The notes under the pieces: generated by a model
Databases searched by the model: none
Told to the model about the DNA's origin: nothing
The model's input: the letters and a program-made list of their open reading frames with translations, nothing else
IMG/VR virus record: IMGVR_UViG_3300050015_000276
Span: 1-64,000 of that record
Direction: 5' to 3' (one strand)
DNA: 64,000 bases
From: a virus
Translations under genes and position numbers: made by a program
Part shown: piece after piece, positions 27,252 through 37,795 of the stretch
Layout of the letters: each line of letters starts with the position of its first letter
How positions within the stretch are numbered: the stretch's first letter is position 1

Positions 27252-28637
27252 ATGACAGAAAACACTATTTCACAATACATTAAAAATTCTCCGGGCGCGA
27301 CGGCTAATGTTCGTGATAATTTTCCTATAGTGTTAGATTTTCTACAGGCATATTATGCTTGGATGGAAACTTCTGGTGAACCTATTAGTGGAATATTTTC
27401 ATTATTAGATAATAGAGATGTTGATTCTACATTAAATGGATTTCTTTCTTATTTTCGTTATGAATTTTTACCTAATATTCCGGCGACAATTATTGCTGAT
27501 CCTAAAAAATTATTAAAACATGCAAAGGATTTTTATCTTGCTCGTGGATCTGAAAAATCCTTTGCATTGTTATTTCGAATTTTGTATAATGATTCCGTAT
27601 TATTTTATTATCCTAAAACTGATTTAATTAAACCATCAGATGGAAAATGGTCAGTTGATACTATCGTCAGATGCACAACCGTGAATGACACTTATAAATT
27701 TATCGGAAGACAAATTGTGGGACACACCTCCCAAACTATTGCCAACGTTGAAAATGTAGTTAAAATTTCACTAAATAATACAATCATCAGTGAAATTTAT
27801 ATTTCTAATATAACAGGCAGATCCACATTTCAAATTGGTGAAAAAATAGATGTATTGCTTTCCGATGGCACTATTGTTCAAGAAACTCTGTATGGTTTAG
27901 CTACCGGTATAAATATTATTGATACGGGTACAGCATATATTTCGGATGATATAATTATTACAGCAAAACCTACAAATGGTTCCGCTGCTATTTTTTCCGT
28001 TGATGCTGTTGATGGAATAGAAAATGGAAGAGTAGTTCAGGCAAATTTTGGAAATTTTATTACTTTGCCAACAATTGAATTGTCAAGTAATGCTTCTTCA
28101 ACTGATAATTTTTATCAGGATATGTTTATAACAATTACTGATGGCAGTGGTGGTGGACAAACAAGATTAATTGTGTCTTATGATGGCACTCATAAGTTAG
28201 CAAGTATTAATAATAATTGGGATGTTCTTCCAGATATTACAAGTCATTATAGTATTTCTCTAGGAAATATTAAAACCATTAAAGTTAAAGATTTTGGTTA
28301 TAATTATACAACACCTATATCTGCTAATTTTTCTTTATCTGGAAACGGGGATGCATTAGGAAATATTTCTATTGGCTCTGTCGGAAGATATGCTGGTAGA
28401 TATGTTAATCCAGATGGTTTCCTTTCTAATAAAAATAAAATTCAAGATAGTTATTATTACCAAGATTTTTCGTATGTATTAAAAGTCCATGAAACTTTAG
28501 ACCAATATAGGGATGTGGTCAAACAGTTATTACATCCTGCTGGCCTGGCTTTATTTGGTGATGTTGTTATTGATGGAACTTTATTTACAAGAAAAATACA
28601 TAGTGTTTCTGGTTCGATAAATATTTCTACATCTTGA
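27252..28637 (+). CDS. Baseplate wedge initiator, gp7-like
   Basis: FLQAYYAWME, KLLKHAKDFYLARGSEKSF.LLFRILY, PSDGKW, QDSYYYQDFSYVLK, LHPAG..LFG. Confidence 0.85.
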   Translation: MTENTISQYIKNSPGATANVRDNFPIVLDFLQAYYAWMETSGEPISGIFSLLDNRDVDSTLNGFLSYFRYEFLPNIPATIIADPKKLLKHAKDFYLARGSEKSFALLFRILYNDSVLFYYPKTDLIKPSDGKWSVDTIVRCTTVNDTYKFIGRQIVGHTSQTIANVENVVKISLNNTIISEIYISNITGRSTFQIGEKIDVLLSDGTIVQETLYGLATGINIIDTGTAYISDDIIITAKPTNGSAAIFSVDAVDGIENGRVVQANFGNFITLPTIELSSNASSTDNFYQDMFITITDGSGGGQTRLIVSYDGTHKLASINNNWDVLPDITSHYSISLGNIKTIKVKDFGYNYTTPISANFSLSGNGDALGNISIGSVGRYAGRYVNPDGFLSNKNKIQDSYYYQDFSYVLKVHETLDQYRDVVKQLLHPAGLALFGDVVIDGTLFTRKIHSVSGSINISTS

Positions 28638-28710
28638 AGCGGTATGACTGAATCACAATGGGCTAATATGACATCTGACCAATGGTCTTCAATAAAAGAA
28701 TAAGGAACAC

Positions 28711-30054
28711 ATGAATAAATCTTTAGAATCCAATAATTTTCGTATTTATTCGGCACAGAAATTTATTGAAGGATTACAAACTCAATTTTCTGCCAATAAT
28801 CTTTATTGTTTTATTGGAAAAACTACACCGTGGAATGATGAAGCTAATCCTGATATGCCTAATGATTCTGTTGCCGCGAGAAAGGAAACTTTCTCTGATA
28901 TGCTCGCAGTGAAACGGGTTTCACCATCTGATGTTACTTTAGTAATTCCAAATAATAGTTGGACAGCATCAGTAGTTTATTCTCAATATAACGATCAGGG
29001 TTTGCCAGCATCGGGAATCTATTACGATCAATTTGAACCAACAATAAACGCGGTGCCATTTTTCGTCATAACAAAAGATAATAATGTTTATAAATGTTTG
29101 AGTAATAGTAATGGAATGCCATCTTCTGTTATGCCAACAGGAACTAGTACCACACCGATTACACTTTCAGATGGATATATTTGGAAATTTATGTACCAAG
29201 TAGATTCAACTTCGGCATTAAAATTTCTTTCTTCGAGTTGGATTCCAATACACACATTAAATTATAATGATGGATCATTTCAATGGTCAGTCCAAGCAAC
29301 ATCAATACCAGGAGAAATATTTGCAATTCAAGTGACAAATGGGGGAACTGGTTATTCTACAGTTCCTATTATAACTGTTAATGGTGATGGAACTGGATGT
29401 ACTGCAACAGCAGTACTAACAGGAACAACATTAACTAATATTGTAGTAAATACACCGGGTGTAAATTACACCCAGGCGACGGTGACAATTGGTGGTCCTG
29501 GTACACTTGGTGCCGCAACGGTTATTTTGAGTCCTCCTGGTGGGCATGGATCTAATCCAGTTTATGAATTGGGTGCCATGTATGCTATGGTAGACGTTCA
29601 ATTTGCAAATTCTGAATCTGATAAAATTACGGTTTCTAATGATTATCGAAAATTTGGTTTGTTGTTAAATCCTTTAACATATAATTCGCCATTTTATTAT
29701 TTTCCTTTGATAGGAACATTAACCACAAATTTATTAATTAGTAACATAACAGGAACTTTTAATCCAGATGATATTGTTATCGGAAATACAAGTGGAGCAA
29801 CAGCATATGTTGTGGATTTTAATTCTACTTTAAATGGTCAGTCAAATGTATTGAGATTAACTCAAATACAAGGAACATTTCAAGTTTCTGAAACATTAAA
29901 TGATAGTACTTCCTCGGCGATTTCGGAAATTGTTTCTATTATATCACCCGACCTTGCACCAAATACAGGTTTGATATTAACGACAGAACATATTAGTCCA
30001 GTCAGTAGGTCATTAACACAATTGGAAGATATTAAAGTTGTAATACCGTTTTAG
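28711..30054 (+). CDS. gp8: Baseplate wedge gp8
   Basis: LYCFIGKTTPW, KRVS..DV..VIP...W, VYKCLSN, DGYIWKFMY, PPGGHGSNPVYELGA, EDIKVVIPF. Confidence 0.9.
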   Translation: MNKSLESNNFRIYSAQKFIEGLQTQFSANNLYCFIGKTTPWNDEANPDMPNDSVAARKETFSDMLAVKRVSPSDVTLVIPNNSWTASVVYSQYNDQGLPASGIYYDQFEPTINAVPFFVITKDNNVYKCLSNSNGMPSSVMPTGTSTTPITLSDGYIWKFMYQVDSTSALKFLSSSWIPIHTLNYNDGSFQWSVQATSIPGEIFAIQVTNGGTGYSTVPIITVNGDGTGCTATAVLTGTTLTNIVVNTPGVNYTQATVTIGGPGTLGAATVILSPPGGHGSNPVYELGAMYAMVDVQFANSESDKITVSNDYRKFGLLLNPLTYNSPFYYFPLIGTLTTNLLISNITGTFNPDDIVIGNTSGATAYVVDFNSTLNGQSNVLRLTQIQGTFQVSETLNDSTSSAISEIVSIISPDLAPNTGLILTTEHISPVSRSLTQLEDIKVVIPF

Positions 30055-30079
30055 GAAGCTAAATAGATAAGAGACAACA

Positions 30080-33000
30080 ATGCCACTTCAATTTTCAAAC
30101 GCCCCATTTTTCGATGATTTCAATGCCGCAAAAGATTTCATAAAAATATTATTCCGACCAGGATATAGTTTACAAACTCGTGAATTGAACCAATTGCAAT
30201 CTATATATGGAGAACAATTAAATCGGTTCGGACAATATATTTTTAAAGATGGTGCGATGGTTACACCTGGTCAAATAACGTTTGACCAAAATCTCTCCTA
30301 CGTTAAGGTTAATTCAACATATTCAGGATCACCCGTGAACTATGATGCTATTGATCCTTCAAAAGTCAGAACTAATGTACAACTTAAAGGCGCGACATCC
30401 GGAATTATTGCGCAGGTTGTACAAGTGTCTAGTGATATTAATACCATTTATATTAAATATGTAACTTCTGGTACAAGTAATGTGGTTGCAACGTTTTCGG
30501 ATGGTGAAGTTATTGATATTATTCCGGCTAATACCGCGATTTGTCAAGCTATTTCTTCTAATTCAACAGGATTAACATCTCAAGTATCAATTGCTTCGGG
30601 TGTTTATTTCATTTTTGGTAAATTCTTAACTGTTGATTCGCAAACTATTCGTCTTGCTGATTATGACCAATTTCCTTCTGTTAACGTTGGTTTAGAGGCA
30701 ATAGAGAATATTATAACTCCAGAGGACGATATTACCTTATACGACAATGCTATGGGGTCTCCAAATTATGCTGCTCCTGGTGCATATCGGTATCAAATTG
30801 TTTTGAATTTAGTGTCTTTGCCTATAGATGCCGTACCTGATGGCAATTTCACTTCATTGATGGTTATTTCTAATGGAGTTATTCAATCTCAAGTACAAGT
30901 AACAGCATTGAGTGAAATTGCCGATACCTTAGCTCGTAGAACATATGATACAAATGGTAATTTTATTACAACACCATTTGGTTTTGATATTCATGAGAGT
31001 CTTTTAAATGGAAATAATGGTGGAATTTATAGTTCTGGACCACTAGCTCGGGAAGATCAATTGTCATTTGGAATTGAACCCGGAAAAGCTTACGTGCAAG
31101 GTTATGAAATAAAAACTATATCTAAACAATATATTTCTTTAGATAAGGCACGGACAACCAACTTCTCTCAAAATAGCCACATAAGAGCTTATCTTGGAAA
31201 TTTTATATATGTTAATAAAGTGTTTGGATTACCAAATTATGATTTGTGGCCACAAGTTAATCTCTATGCCACTCCTATAGTTACTAGTGGAATTGCACCG
31301 GTAACTACAGTTGTAGGAACTGCTACTATTAGAGGATTTCAATTTTATCAAGGATCATTTAGTGGTTCAGGACCTATTTTTAAATGTTTTTTGACAGACA
31401 TTAATATTACCTCACCCGGTATTTCATTAAATGATGTTAGATCCTTGGCAGTAAGCGATGGAACTTTAATGACCACTGCCAACATTCTAACACAAGTGGA
31501 TATAGTAAATGTTTCTGGTAATTTTGATGTGGGAAGTACAATTACTGATGGAATAGAATCTGAAACTATTTTCGCATGGGATACAATTAATAATATTTTA
31601 TTAACTCAACCATTAACGGTAGCTATTCCGACTAATTATCCTATTATTTCGACGAGTTCATCAATTGGTAAGGCAAATATATTACAGCGCCTTACACTTT
31701 TTGATCCGGCTGACAATACTTTAATATATCAGTTACCACAGAATACTATAGCTACACTACGAGATAATAATGGTGTAAACACTACATCCTATTCTTATCG
31801 TAAAGTATTTACTCCGGTATCTGCAAGTTCAGGAACAGTTACCTTTTCTACTGGAACTAATGAAGTTTTCTCTTCTATGGATGTTAGTGATTATGTAGCC
31901 TGTATTGAAACTGGAACTAATGCTGGCGCATTAATTGATGTTACAAATGCTAATCCTTCTTTTCCTCCTAGCAATTTAACGCAATTAACATTTGATGCTC
32001 CAAACGGTACAACCGTAAAACTTTCAGCTACAGTTGATAAACAGGTGGCATCAGAAAAAACAAAAATATTACAAACACAAACATTAACTGTAAATATTCC
32101 GGCTAGAGTTTTAAATCTTGGAAAAGCTGACATTTATGCTATTGATGGTGTATGGACAGGTTCTGACAATACTGGAACAAATATTACATCGTGGTTTGTT
32201 TTAGATAATGGACAACGAGATAACCGTTATGATTTTGGCACATTGACATTATTACCGGGATATAGTTTACCTAGCACCATTTTTATTCAGTACAAATATT
32301 TTTCTCACAGTTCTGGAGATTATTTTAGTGTTAATAGCTATTTAAATTTTGATGCGTCTTTACCTGGTTATATTTCTAGTGCGACCTATTATCCATTAAT
32401 TCCATATTATAGTGGATCTAATGGTATACAATTTTCATTACGAGATTGTTATGATTTCCGTCCACGTGTGAATGATTCGGCAACGCCAACAAGTACGATT
32501 GCTAATGCCGTAGTACAATCACCACCAATATATGTGACACCAGGAAAATTAGTAAAACCTAATGATGATATCATTTCAGATTTTTCTTATTATCTGGGGC
32601 GTATTGACAAAATTTATTTGTCACAGGATGGTTATTTTGAAATAGTCAAAGGAACACCATCATTGACACCTTTGGCACCTCCAGATCCCTCATCGGGTAT
32701 GGTTGTGGCCCTTATTGGATATCCACCTTACACATTTACCCCATCAAATGTTTCGGTTAAAACCATTCCCAATAAAGTTTATACAATGGCAAAAATCGGA
32801 GATCTTGAAACTCGTATTGCTAATTTGGAATATTATACTGCATTGAATTTACTCGAACAACAAACCGCAAACATGCAAATTATTGATGCCACTACAGGAT
32901 TGAATCGTTATCAATCTGGTTTTATAGTGGATAATTTTGTTGATAATTCCGTATCAGATTATACCAATTCGGATTGTAATTTTTCTTTAGATGCTTTAAA

Positions 33001-35701
33001 TAAAATTATGCGGCCGAGGTATGACACAAATTCTGTTGCCATGCAATTCGATTCGGGTTTGAGTTCAAATGTGGAACTCAATACACTAAAACCTAATAAT
33101 AACATTATTACTTTGCCGTATACAGAATCGCCAATTGTAACGCAAGACAAAGCATCACGCCAAGAAAATATAAATCCATATAATATTTTCAGTTTTGTTG
33201 GAACAATGACATTAACTCCGGCTACAGATACTTGGGTAAGTACTGTTTATTTGCCTGATATTACTATAACGGATAATACTTTATATGACGCTGCGGCTTC
33301 TCAATTAGCAGCCACAAATACTTTAGGTACTATTTGGGATGCGTGGACAACAGATTGGGTTGGAATACCAGTAACAACATTCAATGCGCCTAATACTAAT
33401 CCAAATAATTTAATAGATCAAAGCCTGGGTAGAACAGTTCAATCAAGAACAGGGACAACAAGATCAGTTATTGCAACAACTGATACCACAACATATCAAT
33501 CAAGAACAGGGACAACAACATCCATTATTAACGTACCGCAAACAACCGTGGCAGACGTATTAGTTAATACGGGGATGGTTCCTTATTGCCGCGGCAATAG
33601 TATTCAATTTACAGCCAAAGGACTTAAACCATTCACACAATTTTGGCCATTCTTTGATATAACACCAGTAAGTGCTTATTGTACACCTTCATCTTTAGTG
33701 AGTGATGCTAATGGTATGGTATCTGGAACATTTAATTTGCCAAATCCTTCAATTACTGGAGATCCTGCATTTAGAACAGGAACTAGAGTATTTAAACTTG
33801 TAAACGATATTAATAATACTATAGCTAATATTACATCATATTGTACAGCTAATTATGTGGCTTCTGGAGTTTTAAATACCGACCAAAACACCGTCACATC
33901 TGTTGGAGTAGCTGAAATACAAACACAATCAGTAACCGATATCAGATCTATTGACAATATAACAAGTGAGCTATATGTGCCACGCGAGCCAAGAACACGT
34001 AATTATTCAGATCCTTTAGCCCAATCATTTTTGGTAAGTACATTGCAAGGTGGATTTTGTGCCACAAGTGTAGATGTGTTTTTTGCAACTAAAGACGCCT
34101 CTATTCCAGTAACGTTACAAATTCGAGAAATGCAAAATGGAACACCAACACAATCGGTTGTTCCGTTTAGTACTGTAGTTTTAAATCCTAGCCAGATCAA
34201 TATTTCGGGTGATGGAAATACAAGTACCACATTTTCCTTTCCTTCGCCTGTGTATTTGCAACAGGGTTCAGAATACGCTATTGTCTTGATGTCCAATAGT
34301 AATAGTTATTTTGTGTGGACCGCATTGATGGGAGATTATGTTTTAAATACTGATGTGTTAATTTCTCAAGTGCCGTATACTGGGTTGTTATTTAAATCTC
34401 AGAATGCTAGTACTTGGGTACCGGCACCCGTACAAGCTTTAAAGTTTACCCTTCGCCGCGCAGTATTTAGTTATGGAGTTCTTGGAACTGCTGTAGTTGA
34501 GAATCCTGTTTTGCCATCAACAGTATTGCCAAATCTCTCATTGATAACTTATAATGGATTGAATGCTGTTAGAGTTAAAACACAAACAGCACATGGTATG
34601 CCTGATGGTAGTTTTGTTACAATTAGTATACCTCCAGGAACTAGTAATTCAAATTGGTCCGCATCTTATAATGGTATTCCAGTTACACAAATAGTTCCAA
34701 CAACTAGTGGTGATTTGAGAAATTCATCGTGGGCATCCGGAATTGCCGATACTACTATTGGTTCTCGAACATATATTGTTAGAAATCCTGAATTAGATAA
34801 TTATACTATTTTTATTATGGATGGTAGTGGTCATCCGGTAAATGCATCATCATCAGGATTTACTGGAGTTTCATTGAATGTAACACAAAATTATCCGTAT
34901 GATGTTATGATGCCAATTGTAACTGAATTGAATTTTTCAGGTACTAATACTAATTATTATGTGAGAGCGATTACAGGAAAGTCTCCCCAAGGAACAAGTT
35001 TGCAAATACCATATCTGAGAACTGTAGATGGTACACAATTTATTCCAAATCAAAATATGATTTTGACAAGTCCTCAATTAGTTGCATCAGATATTAATGA
35101 AAAGCATCTAATAACTAGTGATAGTACCAAGAGTTTAATATGGCAAATTAAGTTAACATCGACTGCGGATAATCTTTCGCCCATGATTGATAGTAGTAGA
35201 TTATCCGCATTACTGATATCAAATAGGATTGATTATAGAACAAATTTAACAATTCCAGCAACTTCACCTTCTGGTGCTGAGGCCGCGTGGGTTGCTGAAA
35301 CTTTACCATCTGGAGCAACAGATGCCGCCATTTACATTACTCGGCCGGTAGCATTGGTGAATGCTGCTAACAGTATTCATTTTTGGTTGAATATTATGTG
35401 GCCATATGGATCACAAGTAGATGTTTATTATAAGATTTTATCGACAAATACAAATTCTCAATTTGCGGATGGAAATTATGTTTTGATGCTTCCTGATCCT
35501 AATACAGATTTTTCACCAGCGCAAAATGCAAATGATTTTAGGGATTATTATTGGACAAGTACTCCTAATCCTAATCTTAGTAACTTAACTGATAATATTG
35601 GGGAATTTACACAGTTTTCAGTTAAAGTGGTAATGAGATCTACAAATAGTAGCGGCGTTCCGTTATGTCGTCAAATGCGTTGCATAGCTTTGGAGACGTA
35701 A
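30080..35701 (+). CDS. Giant virion structural protein, DUF4815/VrlC-like
   Basis: PFFDDF...KILFRPG..LQ.RELNQLQS, LADTLARRTYD.NG, GKAYV.GYE, IGDLE.RI.NLEYYT.L.LLE, DPLAQSF, VDVFF..KD. Confidence 0.85.
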   Translation: MPLQFSNAPFFDDFNAAKDFIKILFRPGYSLQTRELNQLQSIYGEQLNRFGQYIFKDGAMVTPGQITFDQNLSYVKVNSTYSGSPVNYDAIDPSKVRTNVQLKGATSGIIAQVVQVSSDINTIYIKYVTSGTSNVVATFSDGEVIDIIPANTAICQAISSNSTGLTSQVSIASGVYFIFGKFLTVDSQTIRLADYDQFPSVNVGLEAIENIITPEDDITLYDNAMGSPNYAAPGAYRYQIVLNLVSLPIDAVPDGNFTSLMVISNGVIQSQVQVTALSEIADTLARRTYDTNGNFITTPFGFDIHESLLNGNNGGIYSSGPLAREDQLSFGIEPGKAYVQGYEIKTISKQYISLDKARTTNFSQNSHIRAYLGNFIYVNKVFGLPNYDLWPQVNLYATPIVTSGIAPVTTVVGTATIRGFQFYQGSFSGSGPIFKCFLTDINITSPGISLNDVRSLAVSDGTLMTTANILTQVDIVNVSGNFDVGSTITDGIESETIFAWDTINNILLTQPLTVAIPTNYPIISTSSSIGKANILQRLTLFDPADNTLIYQLPQNTIATLRDNNGVNTTSYSYRKVFTPVSASSGTVTFSTGTNEVFSSMDVSDYVACIETGTNAGALIDVTNANPSFPPSNLTQLTFDAPNGTTVKLSATVDKQVASEKTKILQTQTLTVNIPARVLNLGKADIYAIDGVWTGSDNTGTNITSWFVLDNGQRDNRYDFGTLTLLPGYSLPSTIFIQYKYFSHSSGDYFSVNSYLNFDASLPGYISSATYYPLIPYYSGSNGIQFSLRDCYDFRPRVNDSATPTSTIANAVVQSPPIYVTPGKLVKPNDDIISDFSYYLGRIDKIYLSQDGYFEIVKGTPSLTPLAPPDPSSGMVVALIGYPPYTFTPSNVSVKTIPNKVYTMAKIGDLETRIANLEYYTALNLLEQQTANMQIIDATTGLNRYQSGFIVDNFVDNSVSDYTNSDCNFSLDALNKIMRPRYDTNSVAMQFDSGLSSNVELNTLKPNNNIITLPYTESPIVTQDKASRQENINPYNIFSFVGTMTLTPATDTWVSTVYLPDITITDNTLYDAAASQLAATNTLGTIWDAWTTDWVGIPVTTFNAPNTNPNNLIDQSLGRTVQSRTGTTRSVIATTDTTTYQSRTGTTTSIINVPQTTVADVLVNTGMVPYCRGNSIQFTAKGLKPFTQFWPFFDITPVSAYCTPSSLVSDANGMVSGTFNLPNPSITGDPAFRTGTRVFKLVNDINNTIANITSYCTANYVASGVLNTDQNTVTSVGVAEIQTQSVTDIRSIDNITSELYVPREPRTRNYSDPLAQSFLVSTLQGGFCATSVDVFFATKDASIPVTLQIREMQNGTPTQSVVPFSTVVLNPSQINISGDGNTSTTFSFPSPVYLQQGSEYAIVLMSNSNSYFVWTALMGDYVLNTDVLISQVPYTGLLFKSQNASTWVPAPVQALKFTLRRAVFSYGVLGTAVVENPVLPSTVLPNLSLITYNGLNAVRVKTQTAHGMPDGSFVTISIPPGTSNSNWSASYNGIPVTQIVPTTSGDLRNSSWASGIADTTIGSRTYIVRNPELDNYTIFIMDGSGHPVNASSSGFTGVSLNVTQNYPYDVMMPIVTELNFSGTNTNYYVRAITGKSPQGTSLQIPYLRTVDGTQFIPNQNMILTSPQLVASDINEKHLITSDSTKSLIWQIKLTSTADNLSPMIDSSRLSALLISNRIDYRTNLTIPATSPSGAEAAWVAETLPSGATDAAIYITRPVALVNAANSIHFWLNIMWPYGSQVDVYYKILSTNTNSQFADGNYVLMLPDPNTDFSPAQNANDFRDYYWTSTPNPNLSNLTDNIGEFTQFSVKVVMRSTNSSGVPLCRQMRCIALET

Positions 35702-35913
35702 TGATAGTTCCGAATTATATAAAAATTGAAAACCGGCCGGGCTTGTGTAGGCATACCAAGAGTATGGGTGTTGTGAACCATGATAAACAAGCCCGGACAC
35801 AATATATAAACCAAAGAGAAAAGATCATTAATGATCAAAAAGTTATTGAACAATTGAAAACGGATGTTTTAGAATTGAAAAATTTAGTTCAACAACTATT
35901 AGATCATAAATAG
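35701..35913 (+). CDS. Small coiled-coil protein typically following the DUF4815 gene
   Basis: IKIE..PGL.R...S.GVVN.D...YI...EK; IEQLKTDVLELKNLVQQLL. Confidence 0.65.
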   Translation: MIVPNYIKIENRPGLCRHTKSMGVVNHDKQARTQYINQREKIINDQKVIEQLKTDVLELKNLVQQLLDHK

Positions 35914-35939
35914 TAATGTAAGGAAAAGGAAAAGGAAAT

Positions 35940-36323
35940 ATGAGTTTTATCACATCATTAGTTAACGAATTGAAAAAGATTTGGGCGTGGCTCGATAGTC
36001 CAAAAACACAAGCAGCATTACAACAAGCGGCGGCTTTAGCGTTAGAAGCAGCGCCAATTGTTGCTGAAATTTCATTATTGGTACCAAATAGTACATTTGC
36101 TGAAGTAGCAGCGGTTTATCAAAAATATGGAGTACCATTTGCTGCTACGGTAACTGCTGATCCAACACAAATTGGCAATTATTTACTTAATTTGGCAACT
36201 ATAGTGCTTCAGAAGAATTTACCAAAAACACAATCATCGGTTGCAGTAAGTCTTTTAAATACAGCCGTACAACTTGCAGTAACAGCATTGAAGGCTTCTG
36301 GTGGTGTTCCAGTAACCAAGTAA
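35940..36323 (+). CDS. Ala-rich hypothetical protein (last late gene)
   Basis: 127 aa, CATAAATA late promoter and AAGGA SD. Confidence 0.6.
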   Translation: MSFITSLVNELKKIWAWLDSPKTQAALQQAAALALEAAPIVAEISLLVPNSTFAEVAAVYQKYGVPFAATVTADPTQIGNYLLNLATIVLQKNLPKTQSSVAVSLLNTAVQLAVTALKASGGVPVTK

Positions 36324-36352
36324 GTTTAAACGAGAGATCTATTAGAACACTT

Positions 36353-36381
36353 AAAGCGGTACTCCATGAGTACCGCTTTTT
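36353..36381 (+). terminator. Rho-independent terminator closing the late module
   Basis: AAAGCGGTACTC-CAT-GAGTACCGCTTT followed by TT. Confidence 0.85.
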
Positions 36382-36574
36382 TCGTTTATAAGAGGTTCTA
36401 TTAGAACACTTGACAACCATTTTGTTATGTGCTAACATGCTTGTTATGCCTACTTTTCTATAGAATTTATTCAGAGACTTTCACCCAACGAAGTCATTCA
36501 ATTGACGAATTATTTTATCAATACTTATCCTGAAGATATTTTTGATGAAATATTAGAAAGGACCGGAGTAGATT

Positions 36575-36760
36575 ATGAGTGATTACAAATATGAAATGCA
36601 AATGATTGCCGAACAAGTCGCATATGATGATTATGGCTGTGATTTTTTCGATTTGTCTTCTGAAACACAATATAATATTTTCCGAAAGGCTGAAGATACC
36701 TGGTCTGAAAATATGATGGCAGAAGCAGAATCTTTATCCGATAGATTGAAAGAACGATGA
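36575..36760 (+). CDS. Small acidic hypothetical protein
   Basis: GGAG SD, ATGA overlap downstream. Confidence 0.6.
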   Translation: MSDYKYEMQMIAEQVAYDDYGCDFFDLSSETQYNIFRKAEDTWSENMMAEAESLSDRLKER

Positions 36761-37071
36761 CATATACCGAACGTCTTGAACAAGTAAAGAATGATCCCGA
36801 AAAACATGTTTCTTCGGAAAATATAAAAATGTTTTTGGATATTGGAGTTAAAGTAGAAAGTCAAGTGGTTGGCAAATTTGGTTATGTTTCTGGAATTTCT
36901 GACAATGGGTTAGTATTTATCAAACCGTCGAAATATTCTAAAATCAAATACGCCACAACATTCCAGCGAGGTGACCCGGTGGAACTTTGGATTTGTGGAA
37001 ATTATGTTCTTTTGAAAAATCCAAAATGGGTAATTGATGGAATGCTTCGGGGAAACGAAGATCTTGAATAA
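36757..37071 (+). CDS. Hypothetical protein
   Basis: 104-aa coupled ORF. Confidence 0.6.
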   Translation: MTYTERLEQVKNDPEKHVSSENIKMFLDIGVKVESQVVGKFGYVSGISDNGLVFIKPSKYSKIKYATTFQRGDPVELWICGNYVLLKNPKWVIDGMLRGNEDLE

Positions 37072-37113
37072 ATAATATTTGACAAACCAATCTTTTTATG
37101 ATACTATGACCAA

Positions 37114-37323
37114 ATGACCAAACCGTACATTGAAATAACCAAGATAACCATATTACAAAATTTCGCAACTGATGAAATTTTGATGGAAACAACTCTTCCA
37201 TCAGGAATTTATCCATACAATGATAATTCCTATGTTAAAATGCAGGTGACTCATAATCAAGGTCCAAATTATTGCAAAATATATTTTCCGGAAATTATTC
37301 CGGAAATTATAAATATCAGGTAA
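37114..37323 (+). CDS. Hypothetical protein
   Basis: Behind TTGACA(37080) promoter. Confidence 0.55.
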   Translation: MTKPYIEITKITILQNFATDEILMETTLPSGIYPYNDNSYVKMQVTHNQGPNYCKIYFPEIIPEIINIR

Positions 37324-37485
37324 ATAATACTTGACATCCGTAACATTTTATGAGATCATAAGAATATGATATTAACTTTAACAACGCCCGTAAAAAAGCT
37401 TCCCGTTGTATATCTTAGATCTAATTACAGTGGAAAATTACCAAGTTCTTAACCTAGATGTTTCTGAATAATAAAGATCTGTTTT

Positions 37486-37723
37486 CTTGGAAGTAAATTC
37501 CAAGCTAGAATGGAGGCCGAGGCAGGGTGATGCCGAGGTCTATAAACCTAATCTAGTCACCCGGACGGAATTGGTTTAATAGGGAATGGCATCTGATGTT
37601 GAAACAATACAAGGAAAAACTCCGTCAAATCGTCTGAGATGGAATCAGAAGGACGTAAATTTCAATTAAACCACAATAAAAGGACAAGGTAAGAGCCTCC
37701 AAATTAGGGCGCCTTGTCCTTTT
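37486..37723 (+). ncRNA. Candidate structured ncRNA or leader
   Basis: No ORF over 60 aa; at least six helices and two pseudoknot pairings read by eye. Confidence 0.45.
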
Positions 37724-37795
37724 GTTGTTTTGAAGGTTTTGTTATCATAACACATATTCTTGCTTTCCTCTTCTTTGTGTGCTACCTTAGATGAT

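Noticed and set aside
37615-37670. Resemblance to a c-di-GMP-I riboswitch (GTCAAA...GGACGTAAA)
   Set aside because: The required GGC/GCC closing pair and GAAA tetraloop are absent
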